A model generated the notes under the pieces. The model did no database searches, was not told the origin of the DNA, and saw nothing but the letters and a program-made list of their open reading frames with translations. A DNA stretch of 64,000 nucleotides from Perna viridis (lineage: Eukaryota): assembly GCA_037379345.1 (NCBI GenBank), contig CM074511.1:48428862-48492861 (forward strand), given 5' to 3'. The stretch's first letter is position 1, and every line of letters begins with the position of its first letter. The position numbers were made by a program, and so were the translations under genes. Below, in pieces: positions 1 through 13,480 of this stretch.

Positions 1-1591
1 TATTTAAGGATCACAGACCAGGGAATAAAAACATCATTTAAGTTAATTTAAAATACTTCAACTCCTAATTTCTTTCCATCTGACAGCAAATTTAAACAAG
101 AATTTCCTTGGAAGATTAAATTTCATTTAATGAATGTAAATATTACACCATTTCTTCAATCACTTATGTAGTATACATTGGTTTGATATGATTGGATATA
201 TTTTTTATATGAATAAATATTATAAATGTGTATACTTGTTGATAGATGCATTACAGCGTTTGACAATGACTTTTAGGATAGTGAGTACTTTGATTTTCAT
301 TTAAACACACTGTACATCCTGGGGTCTTTATTATCTCTGTTATGATTGGTTATTTATTAACTCCTTTGTGAGTTACTCATTTCAATTTTTTAGGGGGAGA
401 CATATTTAATTTTTAGATTATTATATTTATATTGTCAACTTCTATTTATTCTGGTCATGGATATTCATATCTTAAGATCCAGTATGAATTCGAAATAGTA
501 TAAGTTCATTTAAAGAATATGACTAACTCAAAGGAAGCCAGCTAAGCTCTTGTAATCAGTTACAGGGGTGTTTAATCTGTCCAATAAATCTATAGCACCC
601 AAGCAGAAAGTTTATTTGGCATATTATGATGCTACACTTATGACAAACATATGATTAAAAATGAACTTTAAACATATGATTTCCTATTTTCAAGCTTGTC
701 TTACAACATTTTAATGCTTCTTTGAAAGGTGTTAAATTTTTATGATACATACACATGTAAGTTAATGAACTTACATGTGACACATCTCTAGTCAGCATTT
801 ACTTAGAAATGAATGTTTTTGCTCTTTTAAGTTTTCAATAAATCAAACGTTTCAAAGAATACTGTTCTTTACTGTGCAGCTCAAATTGGTAATAATGTAC
901 CCAATGCAAGTGCATGTACAAAATTGTACATGCAGTTCTCCAATGCAGCCATAAGATTTCAAAATCAAGTGGTTGCTTAACACTACAGTTGGGCATCTCT
1001 TTAATTACAGGTCTATAGAGATACCTGTAGATGAATGTTTTTGACATACATGTGTACTAATTTGAGCAAAGAGATCAGAAACATTAGCTGTATTTTCCAT
1101 GTACATGTACTTTGTGCCAATTTATGAATAATATCTTCTCCCATGCTTTAGTCTCAAAACTCATGATTCTGAAAGAAAAATCTGGGGACAACAATTGTGC
1201 TAGATCGAAAGTACATGTATGCCCCTATACAAAACTACAAATGTACACCTACAAATGTACTTATAAATGGTATAGAAATAAAAAAAGGTAAAATGAAGGA
1301 ACTGATATACATAGTACTATGGGTCACAAAAAAATACGCCAGATGATGAAATGGATTTCTTCTCTCCACACAAATTGTCTCGTGTGTCACTAATATTAAT
1401 AAGCAGGTGCCACAAAAGTGAAAGACATCATGACAGTTTCTGTCACCAACTATTTGGTAACACCTGTCAAATCATTTGAAGATTTCAAGTTAGTACCTGT
1501 CTCATATTATGAATAAAAGGTTTATGACTTTGTTATCACTGAATACATATAAACAAGTCGAGAACACGACTAGTAATACATGTATACTCAC

Positions 1592-1660
1592 TGCGTCTAA
1601 AAGCAATTTATTCAAAAAAGCTTGGCTTGCATCTTCATCTATGAATTCTTGATCTAGCAT
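1592..1660 (-). CDS. Putative first coding exon of a gene extending off the left edge (MLDQEFIDEDASQAFLNKLLLDA, phase 0)
   Basis: ATG at 1660, 23 open codons, then a consensus donor GCA|GTGAGT (1591-1586). It lies at the edge of CpG-retaining, promoter-like DNA (~1550-2600), while 1-1500 is CpG-poor like a methylated gene body. Product not recognised. Confidence 0.6.
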
Positions 1661-3559
1661 TATTGAACTAGAATGTTCAGATCAGATACACATTAAACGT
1701 ACTGGTGCCTTATTAATCGTCTGTCTATTACAAATTCGTATTACTAAAAAATCCTCAGACTAAATAAAAACAGACAAGTCGAAACAAAAATGAGTATAAA
1801 ATTTACAGGGGAATGTAACGAGTAGAAACATAAAGGTATAATGACTAATTCGTCCCTTTCCATCAACACGTCCTATTTAAGAATAATATTTAGACGCCTC
1901 GTCTATGCACAATGGTGATGTGCAACAACGAACTACTGTCTCTTAAGGGAACTATTCAGATTTATCGAAGAATGTGGCAATGTTAAATAAGACGTGAAAA
2001 GTTATTTTTCAATAAAACTTTCAGGACATAATCTTGTAACAATGGTCTAGTTAAAAGCCGGTGATTGTTTTTCTAAAGAAATATCCAACAAGCTATACTT
2101 TAAGTAAATGCTAATTTATAATTCAATCTATTTTAAAGTGGTTTAAAATAGTTCTAGACCATTCTGACCATGTGAATTATTTTTTTAACTTAATTTTAAT
2201 TATTTTCATTTTTTTTTTGCAATTTAAAGAAAAGAAACATTTTTTTAAACTTTAATTTTGCGCCGGTTATCGTGCGTGTATATGTTAGTATCGGACTTTG
2301 AATAAACATAAATTAGAAAATAACAAAAAAATACAAATGAGGTGCGAACTGTTTCATTTGAAAAAGTGTGTGTTGATGAGTGAAAAACGAACTTTACTAG
2401 TGGTAATGTAATGAATGCATTTGCATGGACTCTTTAATTATCAACTTGTTTCTCTCACTGGCAAAGTCTTAACGAAACTTATAAAAGAAGCAGAAAAAAA
2501 ACAAGGCATGGTTCCTTAGTAAGACCATATTTTTATTTAAAATGCGGTCATCGAGGAGAAGTTGAAAACAAAAATCAACACACATGCACGTGCGCATACA
2601 CAAAGCACATTTGACTTTCCTAAAACAAGAAATGAAAACTTTTTTATTTATGAAAGAAAACAAATTATCAATGGATTTTTCCATTTTACTAGAAATGGTT
2701 TTGCGGCTGATCTCATAAGTAAATATTCTGAATTTCTTTACACTCATGCTGTTATTTTATGATATGATACAAATATTGATTACTAGAGGGCTAATGTAAG
2801 ATATAGATTAATATAGAGAATAATGCCCAATGATATCCAATACAAGAAAAAAGTTAATTACATAGACACTCAGGGTTTTATAATCCTATTCCATCCCATC
2901 AGTCTTCATTATATTTTCTGCATCGCTTCTTGGACGCGTTCTATTCATCCTTTACGAAAATATATATTTGTCAATTTAGAAAGAAAAACTAGTGTGAAGA
3001 TCAAAAATTTTGCTTTAAAATATCGTTTACTTTAGTTGGGTATTCAAGAGTCATGTAAATATGAAGGTTTCAGCTGAATTTTGTCTGTAATAATTTGACA
3101 ACAGACAATTGTTTACTTATTTATTTTCACAAACGCATTTATATACATTCAAATGGCATAGCAAGGCATAATTATATGTATTCACATTCTACACATGATT
3201 AAAAATAGTACTTCTAAAAACTGGGGAATTGCAGTGAAAAAATAGCAGTAATTAAGAGTCAGTTGACTATAATTAAAACTTATATAAATATTTCATAACT
3301 TTGTTCCTTTATAAGTCAGACAGAGATCGGGAATCCTGTAAGTAACCTGTCTTCCTTGACCACACCAATGATATTTATTAGAAGTATATAAATATATACT
3401 GTAAGTAGAATTTTACGATGTTCTTGTTTTAATATAATGATGAAATAGCAATATCCACACTAAAGGTACAAGTAAGGGGAAGTCCGAAGGTAAAATAATA
3501 CCATAAGATCAACAGACGAAGACAATGCCAATAAAAAAAACTTAAAAGTTCACCCTGGA

Positions 3560-3670
3560 AATCGAATAGCACACTGATAGTGAACTCTGATGCTCTGGAA
3601 GGGCGAACTTTGATACTTCGGAAGGGTGAGCTGTAAATGGCATCTGCATGACTCATGTCGTGCTGTTCGT
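3560..3670 (-). mobile_element. Degenerate fragment resembling a Penelope/Naiad-type 3' terminal repeat
   Basis: gtgaactctgatgctctggaagggcgaac and gatacttcggaagggtgagc resemble the reverse complement of the PLE 3' segment at ~5430-5460 (gcttaccctaccggtgcacctgatccat). Confidence 0.4.
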
Positions 3671-3994
3671 CAATGATCAAGTCCGGTGAAGTAAAAGGAT
3701 ATCTATGACAAATGAACCGTGCATAGCCGTTTGTAATACTACTTTACGAAACGGAACCCTATCTCAGACAAGTAGGTCATGTTGACTGCAGTTGTTGAAG
3801 TTTTCATTTATCCTTGTTCCGGTAGATTTTTTAATAGCCGTTGAATCAAATTCTATCTAGAAAATCGCTGTGATTGTCACAATCTCTAGCAAAGCTTATG
3901 ACTTGAAAGACTAACAACAACTGGAATGTTTCTTCATAGGAAATATGAGAGTTGACCATGGAGAGTCAGAAGTCGTCGTGTTTGTTTTTGATAT

Positions 3995-5632
3995 TTTTGA
4001 TAAAAAGAACAAGAAGACATTGATTCTCTGTCAGAGTGGTTAAAAGCCGTAAGGTCTTTAATTTTGAAACAAATGAAAGTTTTAAGAAGGTCAATGAGTG
4101 CCAAGGCTACATCAGTTTTTAAAGACAACGATGTAGCAAAAACATTGTCTACTATACATGACACATATGTTGTCGTACAAGCAGACAAAGCCCAAAACAA
4201 CATTGTTTTTGTCTACAAAACGTTTTACATCCAATGTTTATTAAACTCCACAAGAATCCATACAAACAACGTTTCATAGCTGGATCTGCAAAATATACCA
4301 CCAAACCTCTTTCAAAACTTTTAACTTCTATACTCACAACTGTCAAAGAGGGTCTGCATTCCTACCACAACAGTTGTTATTCCCGTAGTAATATTAATTC
4401 AGTGTGGATTCTGAAAAATTCGAAAGATCTTTTGGAGACAATCAGTTCAAGACTATTAGAATATGATAGCATTAAAACTATGATTTTTCAACACTGTATA
4501 CTTCTATTCCCCATACTCAGTTAAAATCCCGACTTAAAAACATTATACATCGTTGTTTTTCCAAAAAAGATGGTACACCTAGATACAAATATATAGTTCT
4601 TGGTAGAGATTCCTCATACTTTGTAAGAAAAAAATCCAAATCATCTTCCACATATACAGAGGAAGATGTTTACGAAATGCTGGAATTTTTAATCGACAAC
4701 ATATTTGTCGAGTGTGGTGGACGTGTTTTTCAACAAACGGTCGGCATTCCAATGGAAACGAATTGTGCTCCTCTAAAGCTGACCTATTCCTTCACGCTAT
4801 TGAGGCCGATTTTATGGCTGATCTGATCCGAAAGAAAGAATATCGTTTGGCTAGACCCTTTTATCTCAGTTTCCGCTATATAGATGACGTATTATCTTTT
4901 AACAATCATAATTTTGGGGATTTGATACATCGCATCTACCCTAAAAAACTTAAGATAAAGGATACTACAGACACTGTGAAGTCAGCCTTATATTTTGACT
5001 TACATTTAGAAATCGATGGTAAAGGAAAACTATTGACCAAACTTTACGACAAACGTGATGACTTTTCATTCAGAATTGTCAACTTTCTTTTCATCTGTGG
5101 CAACATTCCTTCAGCACCTGCGTGTGGAGTGTTCATATCACAACTCACACGTTATGCCAGAGCTTGCTGAAACTACGCAGACTTTTTGTATCGCGCTAGA
5201 ATTCTAACAAATAGGCTTCTGGAACAGGGTTATGTTACGACAAGATTGAAGTAATCACTACACAAGTTTTATGGTCGTCATCATGAGCTCGTGGATCGTA
5301 ATGGTGTATCCATCTGCGCCATGAAAACTGATTTATTCAACATGTCATAGTTTTCCTTTCCTCGCTTTGTTTACCCCGGACTTGACTGTTTATGAGCAAC
5401 TTGGCGGGTATTTCTAAAAAAGCAGAGGAAGCTTACCCTACCGGTGCACCTGATCCATGCTCCCAGTTTTTAGTGGAGTCCAAGTTGCTCATTTGCTCTT
5501 GTTGCTTTGTATGTATGATTTTAGTTACTTCATGTTTTTCGTTGTGTACGTCTGTTTTCCATGTCTGGTCTTTGTCCCTGGATTACATTCTTCTGATTAC
5601 CGCTATAACCTTGGTTTCCTTGATTACTCTTT
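3995..5632 (+). mobile_element. 5'-truncated, frameshifted Penelope-like retroelement, Naiad-type (RT at the C-terminus), with 3' UTR
   Basis: RT motifs across frames: VVVQADKAQNNIVFV, KLHKNPYKQRFIAGS, FQQTVGIPM, ADLFL, FRYIDDV, KLYDKRDDFSFRIVNF, GVFISQLTRYARAC, KFYGRHHELV. The reading frame ends at ~5350 with no downstream GIY-YIG domain. Multiple frameshifts and stops. Confidence 0.9.
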
Positions 5633-6327
5633 TGAAGATGTTACATTGTAGGAAAAAAGTAATTTCATCTTTCAACTTTTTATTTTTACAGCAATTCTAT
5701 TTTGTTTTGGTATGTTACGAAAGCGTCCCATTTCAATAGGCAATACATTCAGTTGTATGGCGCTATCTGTCTATTTCACTGATTCACATACATGTATTAG
5801 GTACATACATGAAATTGATGAATTCTAGCTTATCATTAGTATGATATTATTACCCGTTATTTTTTTATGGACACATCTGTTATTTTCCTTTCGTTCGTTC
5901 TTTTATAAGTTTGGTTTTAACAAAGATTATCATCACTATTATAAAGGAAATAACAAGATCATTTAGAGTTTTTCTAATTCGACTCAACGAATAAGTTCCC
6001 ATAGCCGCAACGTAAATGCTGTGATTTTTTGATAATGTTTCTTCAATGCTTGCTAAAATAATCTGCAAGGTCCTTCCAAAAAAATTTAAGTACTTTCCGA
6101 CGTTAATTGTCTTTGAAACCTCATATGGCTAAAATAAGAGACAAACAATATTTAACTAATATATCAAAAACAGGATGATGTCATCATTTTTATACCATCT
6201 TAATTAAAATTCGAAATATTTCAAGATACTATTTTATTCTAGTCAGTTATCCTAGGTCAGGAATGATAATGTTCGGATCTCTGCCAAAGTAATCTAAACC
6301 GTTATCGAACAAATTACAGTATGAACA

Positions 6328-6360
6328 ACAAACAAACAAACAAACAAACAAACAAACAAA
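6328..6360 (+). repeat. (CAAA)n microsatellite
   Basis: About 8 tandem CAAA units. Confidence 0.9.
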
Positions 6361-7607
6361 AAACAAAACACATTTATATTTATACTTAACATAATATTGA
6401 TATTTATATATACTTCACCACAACAAAATGTTTTGCTGTATTGTTACATGTATGATTAATTTCAAAATGAGACAAGACACGTTTTTGATAAGACCTGCAT
6501 ATACATGCATTCATTGCAATGTCGCATGCATCAGCATCATATGGTTATCTTGCGTAACCATTGTAATTCTGGGTGAAACTGAAAATTGCAGCGTAGGAGT
6601 TTGGAGGATCAATAAGTTTTATACCCAGCATGGAAGGAATAAAGAAGTAAGTTATAATTGTAATGCTGAATATTCATGCATGGTCATTAATTTTGTATGT
6701 CATAAACTCTGAAATAATGAGCAAGATTGAAAAGACATGACGTTTAAAGTATATCTTTGAGAACAGAACAGATAGTCTTATGGCAAATGTTTATGGAAAA
6801 ACATTCAGTATTTTCCCGTAATTCCTTAGTCTTGATTTAGAAAAACTAATAGAATTGTTTGTGATTGAAAGCCAAAGGCTGCCACAGTTACTACTAAACA
6901 TGATCACTATAAACTGGCCAACAGGGAAACCTTTTAGAGATATCATTTTGTATTGATTTTTAACCAGAATATGTGATAAATCAATGTAAAATTAAATTAA
7001 ATATCATATCCAGCAGATATTTTAAAGTGGTGTACTTTAACTTCCTCTATAATGCTATATTTAGCTTCGTAATCTCCATTGTATAGAAGCATGGACGTAT
7101 TGTTTCTTGATATTGTCTTAACTGGTGCTTTGGCTATGTCCTTGTCGAAGGTTTTTTTAAATTCAAAAGGTTTGGCAACTTACCAGGTTACATTCATTCA
7201 TACGTATTCACGTGGAAATATTCTAATTTAGTAAACAACTAGTGGGACACTAAACATTTTTTAACTTTAAATCATATAATGATGGCATAAAGAGGATTAA
7301 TTCTAGTATTTAAAATAATCTTATAGAAATATTGTTTATTTATTTAGATATTCTCAGCGATGTGAAAGACGTTAACGATGGCGTTGATATATTCAGTGAA
7401 TTCAGTACAGGACTCTGATTGTAGCCGAGATTGAAAGCATCTAGAAATCGATTGGTATAATTGAAATATTCTGTAACGTTCGTTCTACTGCTAGTGTTCT
7501 TGACATGACAAGTGAAGTTGTCAAGTATTTTACTTACATAGACTTTATCAATTAATGTATGTTTTAAAGACTACCAGTAAAAGGGATCGTCATAAAAAAA
7601 ACAAACA

Positions 7608-8096
7608 ATGGATTTAACCAAAGAAGAAGATATACGTGAAGTTTCGCGTACATCTACACCTGACAAATACGTACCGGAAGCTTCGGATACCTTCCGGCGT
7701 GTTTTGGAACAATTCAGAATATCACCACAACAAGAGCAACCACTGGCATTTGATGAGATTGACGTCGAGAAAATGGATTGTTTAGATGGAATAGGTAGAA
7801 TTAAAACGCATGCTTCGGGATCTAGAAAAACTGATAGACGGTTTTCAGTGGACGTTCTCAATCTGAGACAGAGAGAAAATAATGGACTTGATGATTCTGA
7901 CTCTGAAAAAGAAAACCCTGTACCTCGACGTGGACGTCGTAAATCAGTTCAGTGGATCGATGAACGTTTCATAGCCCCAGTGGCTCACGAACCGACGGAC
8001 AATGAAAAACATCAGGCAAGACTGTTTATGAAAACAGTCCCAAAGTCTATACTTAAGCATTCAGCGAATGACTTGGCAATGCTTTCAGACCATTAA
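7608..8096 (+). CDS. Uninterrupted 162-aa hydrophilic protein; putative protein phosphatase 1 interactor (RVxF + SILK motifs)
   Basis: Clean ORF with A-rich start context (aaacaATGG), higher GC than flanks and charged composition. KSVQW at 7941-7955, KSILK at 8043-8057, PKA-type sites RRFS and RRKS. Possible acceptor just upstream (7569 or 7577) and possible 5'UTR exon 7348-7454. Tandem AATAAA at 9581/9591. Confidence 0.8.
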   Translation: MDLTKEEDIREVSRTSTPDKYVPEASDTFRRVLEQFRISPQQEQPLAFDEIDVEKMDCLDGIGRIKTHASGSRKTDRRFSVDVLNLRQRENNGLDDSDSEKENPVPRRGRRKSVQWIDERFIAPVAHEPTDNEKHQARLFMKTVPKSILKHSANDLAMLSDH

Positions 8097-9580
8097 GTTC
8101 ATATACATTGTTATAGCTATAGAAACTGCCAAAAACAATTTCCGGAAAGTATCATTCTGACATGGTATATGTGGAACATAGGATGACGATGGATACGGCA
8201 TCGTCCGGTGAGACTTTCATTGGAAAGAATTATGTCTGTCATACAAGTAAAGATTTGTAAGTTTTATTAGAGTTACATTAGAAAAGGACGATTCAAGATT
8301 TTTCAGGACTTTGAAATCAGGGTGTCACTTGCGTTTGCAGGGAAGTTGAAGTCGATTCAGCATTACCATTGTATTATAAACGACAGGAATGCATTTGTTT
8401 TGAGTATCGTTTTATGCTCTTCTTTTTCATGTTGATTGTACATTAATTTTACAGATTTTCCGCTGTGCCGTATCTTTCATATTCAATGAAATATCCGTAC
8501 AACGCTCTTGTGGCATTTTCAATTTTTATTGGGAATAACAAACTGTAACCTCTTTGGAACATTTCCAACTTCTACCATTTCACCGAAAGGTTACAAGAAA
8601 TTTGGCAAGAATGATTAATACAAAATTTAATGTTTTAAAGTGGAAAAACAAACAATTCATTTCTATTTACATCTGGATATTTTCTTCCATTTCATTTTGT
8701 TGCTTTCATCATTGACTTATTGCCAAGGCTTCTGATTTTGTCGTTTCTATGATAATTCTTCTAAACAAACACAGCGTGCAACAACTGCAGCACTGAAAAC
8801 TAAAATGGCTGATAGAAATTCATAGGGCAAGATATTAACAACTTTAAAACCTTAATCCTTAGGTATTCTTATGTAACGTTTATTGAACTGTACTATATCA
8901 ATGCAGATTTGAATACTTTTTTAATTCATTCAATGACATTTAATAATGTCTTGCCATTTATTAAAATGATAGATTTATAGCGGCACAAAATCCTGTGAAG
9001 TTGAATCTCAATATCGTAAAAATTATTGGCATTTATTTTATAATGTCAAAGGTCAAATCGATACACCCATTGTAATGTATTATTGGTTCTTGTCTAGTTT
9101 TCATGTTTTAGATACTATATTTGGACGCTTAAGATCTCATTTTTATTTTGAAAGTAAGTTCACTGTGTGTTGGCTCTATATAGATTATGAATTAAACCTT
9201 TTCAAAAAAGCTAGTTAAAGGAGAGTGCATGCATTGAATTTCCTTACAGAAGCCTACGAAAGCCGTTAATAATTTGAACGTTGCCACAAATATAATTATA
9301 GTGGAATGTCTCAAAAATCAATTTAATTTTTCTATCCACAATCCCTGTCAATAGAAAACTTTATATTACAAGATATACTCCTGTATAATTAACTATGTTT
9401 TTCCTACAATTGCATTTAGATAGAACTTCCTGGCAGGGGGTTTTCATTTGTTTCCATGGGAAGCTTTGGAATCCCGATGTCCTGTTGGTGTATTAGTTTG
9501 ACCTTCATTGTTTAAAGTGCAATTTTTTGTCAACAGGAGGGATAACTATATAGACATGAACTAGTCAGTTATATATGTTT

Positions 9581-9596
9581 AATAAATGTTAATAAA
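9581..9596 (+). terminator. Candidate polyadenylation signals of the 7608-8096 gene
   Basis: Two AATAAA hexamers 10 nt apart followed by a GT/T-rich tract (ttgtattgtatgtctt). Confidence 0.5.
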
Positions 9597-12258
9597 ACTT
9601 GTATTGTATGTCTTATTTGAACAGAACTCGATCGTAATAGTACATTTGTGTGAAGAAATCAAATGTCATGTGTTCGATATCCGTTTACACAGTGGAAGTG
9701 TTATATAGTAGTGTCGGTATGTTCAGCCATTAGTAGTCTACGGAAATGTAATCACAAATGGTCACACATGTACCAATTCAACATGCATTTATAAAAGCAT
9801 GCATTGCATGTCATTAAAAAAACACACACACACACAAAATATGGTTAATACGACTTTGATGCTCCATTCGGCACCACAATACAAAAAAAACTATAAAATA
9901 ATGATCCAAGCTAAAGCATAGTACGATAGTTAAAGAAGTTTACTTCACGATGTCTTTTCATGTTGATATGAACCCATGCTATGCTTTAATTATACATGTA
10001 AGATACGACAAATGAACATATGGTGGACAAACAGATTGAAAATTTGTATTCAGGACTTTGGCGGTTCATATAAGTAAGTTAAAATGTTACATTAGAATTT
10101 TGAAATTTCGTACTTTTCCCAAACCCAACGTTATCAAAATAAAGATAGAGACTGTTTATCTGAACTTAAGACTCCCTTCAATTTATGCCTAGGAATTTAA
10201 TGGTAAATATTCTCTCACGAATTATTTATTGTATAAAACACTCTGAAATCATTATTACTTTTGACAATCAAATGTTATGTTTCAATAGTGCCGTACAATA
10301 AAAGTTCGAGTTTCCGGAGTGTAATTGCTCATATTTCCTCTTATTTCTTCCCTTAGACAAATCAATTGGTTTTCATTTGGTGCTTTGCCAACAAAATCCC
10401 ATGTGTTTATGGAGAAATTAGACATAGGAGATGATTTTTGTCTTAAGTATCAGGTCCTTCTCTACCGTCCACACGATACAGATCGATCTTTTTGCTTATA
10501 ACAGTATATAGTTTTACTTCAGTGCTCAGTTCCATCGAACAAACACAATATAGTCTCAACTAGTAGAAAGGTTTTTAATCAATAAAACTTTTTTCGTAAC
10601 TATGTATCAAAATCGGCAGAGTTAAGGAGGTACGGAAACGCTATTGTAATTATTTTGTTAAAAAGTGTCATTTAACAAATATTAATAAATATAAACTATT
10701 GGAGAAATGGTAAAGCTGTCCATTTTTGTATCCAAAATAACTTCATAAATAATACATCTCTGTCTATATATAACCAAATGCTCAGGACAAGCCTACCAGG
10801 TAGTTGAGACGGCAATGGTTCATTACAAAAACAGGGCTTAATCGTTTTGTTGTGAAGTTATTTTCGCAGATACAGTAAGCTACATCTATATGTTCGGACA
10901 AAACATGGATAAAATCGGATTATTTTAAGCCATTTATAGAACCAAATAATGTGCTTATGTAAAGTTAATATACATTATGCAGAGTTATATATGATTATAT
11001 ATTATTTCGGTAGAGATTGGATCAGGAAGATTAAGTAGTTTATTATAACTGTAACTCAGACAGGACAAATCCTATCTATCAAAATCTTTCACGGTACAAA
11101 ACACAAATAGGAGAACAAAAGAGGCTTACCATTATTCTGGGTACTTAACGTTGCATGTAGATACATATACTTTTTTGTAAAGAACAAAATCATTTACAAA
11201 AAAATGGTAAAATATGAAATGCAAGTCACCCGTGAAGACCAATTCTGGGGACAGTCTATAAGCAAAATATTTAACCTTAGAAAAACCTTAGCAAAGAAAG
11301 TATAACTTGCGAATCAGGAACGAAGCACACATTAATTATACTTGCAGATATCGACTATCTAAATGAAAAGGTAAAGACCATGATAAGATAATGTCCTTTA
11401 AAATGCTGTTTATAAGATTGTAAACGATAACATCCAGCACAAACAAGGAAAGCATCAACACACACCAAAAAGATGATACCTAATTATAAATACCAAAACA
11501 CCCATACGCGCTCCATCATATCAAGTTGTTTGTCCTAACAGTGGTTTTTGGAAACTGAGAGACTACCAAAATTGACACAACGCGAGAACACAATTACTGT
11601 CGACTTCAATGATTTAAGGAAAGGTGTCCATACAGATAGACAACGGATGCTTCTTGTTTAATGATATAAAATGTAGGTTTATAAGTTACTGTGCAAGTTA
11701 CTAAACACACCAGTATAACAATTCTTAATTTTTTGCACTTTGACGAGAAACGTACTGTCCATTTTTCACATTCCTTAATTTGGATCATGGTACGGCATTG
11801 TTTTCTGTCCTGAAAAGATAAAATTTCTGTTGTTTGATTTTTTTTATTCCCAACGGTTGTATTTTTGTCCAAAACCATTGGAGCAGGTCAAAATAGAAAT
11901 TCAATTTCAAATTGTTTTAAAAGCATTCAAGGATACAAGTATATCAGAAACGAACTTAAGACCTTGCAAGCATTTAGAGAATAAAATTTTAAAGATGCTA
12001 TTTTATTGAAAATACAGTCATTCCCCATTTTGATTTCATCAAAAACAGTTGAACGGAACGAATCTGTGACTTACGCGTAAACAAAAAGCAACTAGAATGT
12101 TTAAGACCCTGTTGGTTGAGGAACGACGGACTAAGACCGCTTTGTGAAGCCATATGGTATACAAATAAGTAAAGTGAGAAAGTTTCTATTTTCAGTCCCT
12201 CTAAGAATTCAGTTATAGAGACATTACTTGATAAATCGTGACAATGCATGGAATTACA

Positions 12259-12344
12259 GGGGCTTGCTCCCACTATCAACTATGCAGCCCGCTAGTATAT
12301 AACCACGTAGTGGGGCTGCATGGTTGATAGTGGGAGCAAGCCCC
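12259..12344. repeat. Near-perfect GC-rich inverted repeat (hairpin, ~35-bp arms, ~12-nt loop)
   Basis: ggggcttgctcccactatcaactatgcagccc ... ggggctgcatggttgatagtgggagcaagcccc. Confidence 0.85.
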
Positions 12345-13240
12345 AGTGATGGAACATAATTAATTTACAACTTACTACGCAAATATACAGAATTGAATAA
12401 CAAGAAAATAAATATCAGTGCATCACACCAAACTGAAGTCATGAATCATGATGTTTATTTCTGTTCTTTGTCCCATTGTACTGACATTGATATAACCCTT
12501 CATTCTACAAATTCTGTCTTTTGTTATTTTATTTCTATTTTTAGGTGTTTGTCTTCCAAATATAGATGCGATTCCTTTATCTGTATTCATGCGGTCCACT
12601 ATTTCAATTTAAATCGATAAATCGATTACAAAGGTGACCGACCAGACGGAATCGGGTCTATTCTTGTTTCCAATTAAATCAAGATTGAATGTTATAATAA
12701 AGTCAAAGCTGTCTTGATAACAACAATCGTTTACCCAGTAGCGAATAAAGTGTTTGTTACAGAATAAGCTGAAGCTGTTATACCCACTATTGCCAGAGAA
12801 CCACCGTGGATAACCACCTGAAACTCTTTTTGTATGTTTTAAGTGTTTTACTTTATTGATATTTTCTAAATAACTGAAATTTTGAAGCTTATATTACAAT
12901 ACAGTCGTATAATGGCAAGTGTGGTGTCATCGTCCGTGTCGTCGTCGAGGCGGCGTCCGTGTACACTTGCTTTTCGAGTATTGTTGGTCTTGATAAACAA
13001 GGTCCCATACCACAAAAGAAAGGTTGATAAATTTGAGTTTATGTCCCAAACTGTTTGTGAATAAGGGACCAAAAAGAGGATATTAAACATACACTTTATA
13101 AAATTACATCGTATAAGTTGTGTAAAATCTCAATGAAATTACACAACACGTTTTCATACCATAAAAAGAGAGGGTTATGACTTTAACCAAATTTTAATTA
13201 GGGACCAAAAAAGGACAAAACGTGGTTCTAAGTTAACCGC

Positions 13241-13480
13241 ACTTGATAAACTATAACATTCTGAACTTGATAAGCTATAACATTATAAACTTGATAAGCT
13301 ATAACATTCTAAACTTGATAAGTAATAACATTCTAAACTTGATAAGTAATAACATTCTAAGCTTGATAAGTTACAACATACTTAGCTTGATAAGCTATAA
13401 CATTCTAAGCTTGATAAGTTATAACGTTTTAGCTTGATAATTCATAATATTCTAAGACTGATAAGTTGTAACATTCTAAA
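13241..13480 (+). repeat. 24-bp minisatellite, ~10 copies (acttgataagctataacattctaa)
   Basis: Directly visible tandem units; explains the spurious LISYNILN-repeat ORF. Confidence 0.95.

Noticed and set aside
5168-5170. In-frame TGA in the Naiad RT as a possible selenocysteine codon
   Set aside because: The second copy reads CGA (Arg, RYARACRNY) here, so this is a CpG-decay nonsense mutation at a non-Cys position.
5392-5739. Hydrophobic ORFs 5392-5739, 5457-5651 and 61209-61406
   Set aside because: They lie in the T-rich 3' UTR of the Penelope copies; most likely compositional.
12420-12820. Exon-like minus-strand segment with moderately long open frames
   Set aside because: No recognisable homology and no consistent exon chain.
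13243-13437. Repetitive ORF / CRISPR-like appearance
   Set aside because: Head-to-tail 24-bp minisatellite without unique spacers, in a eukaryotic context.
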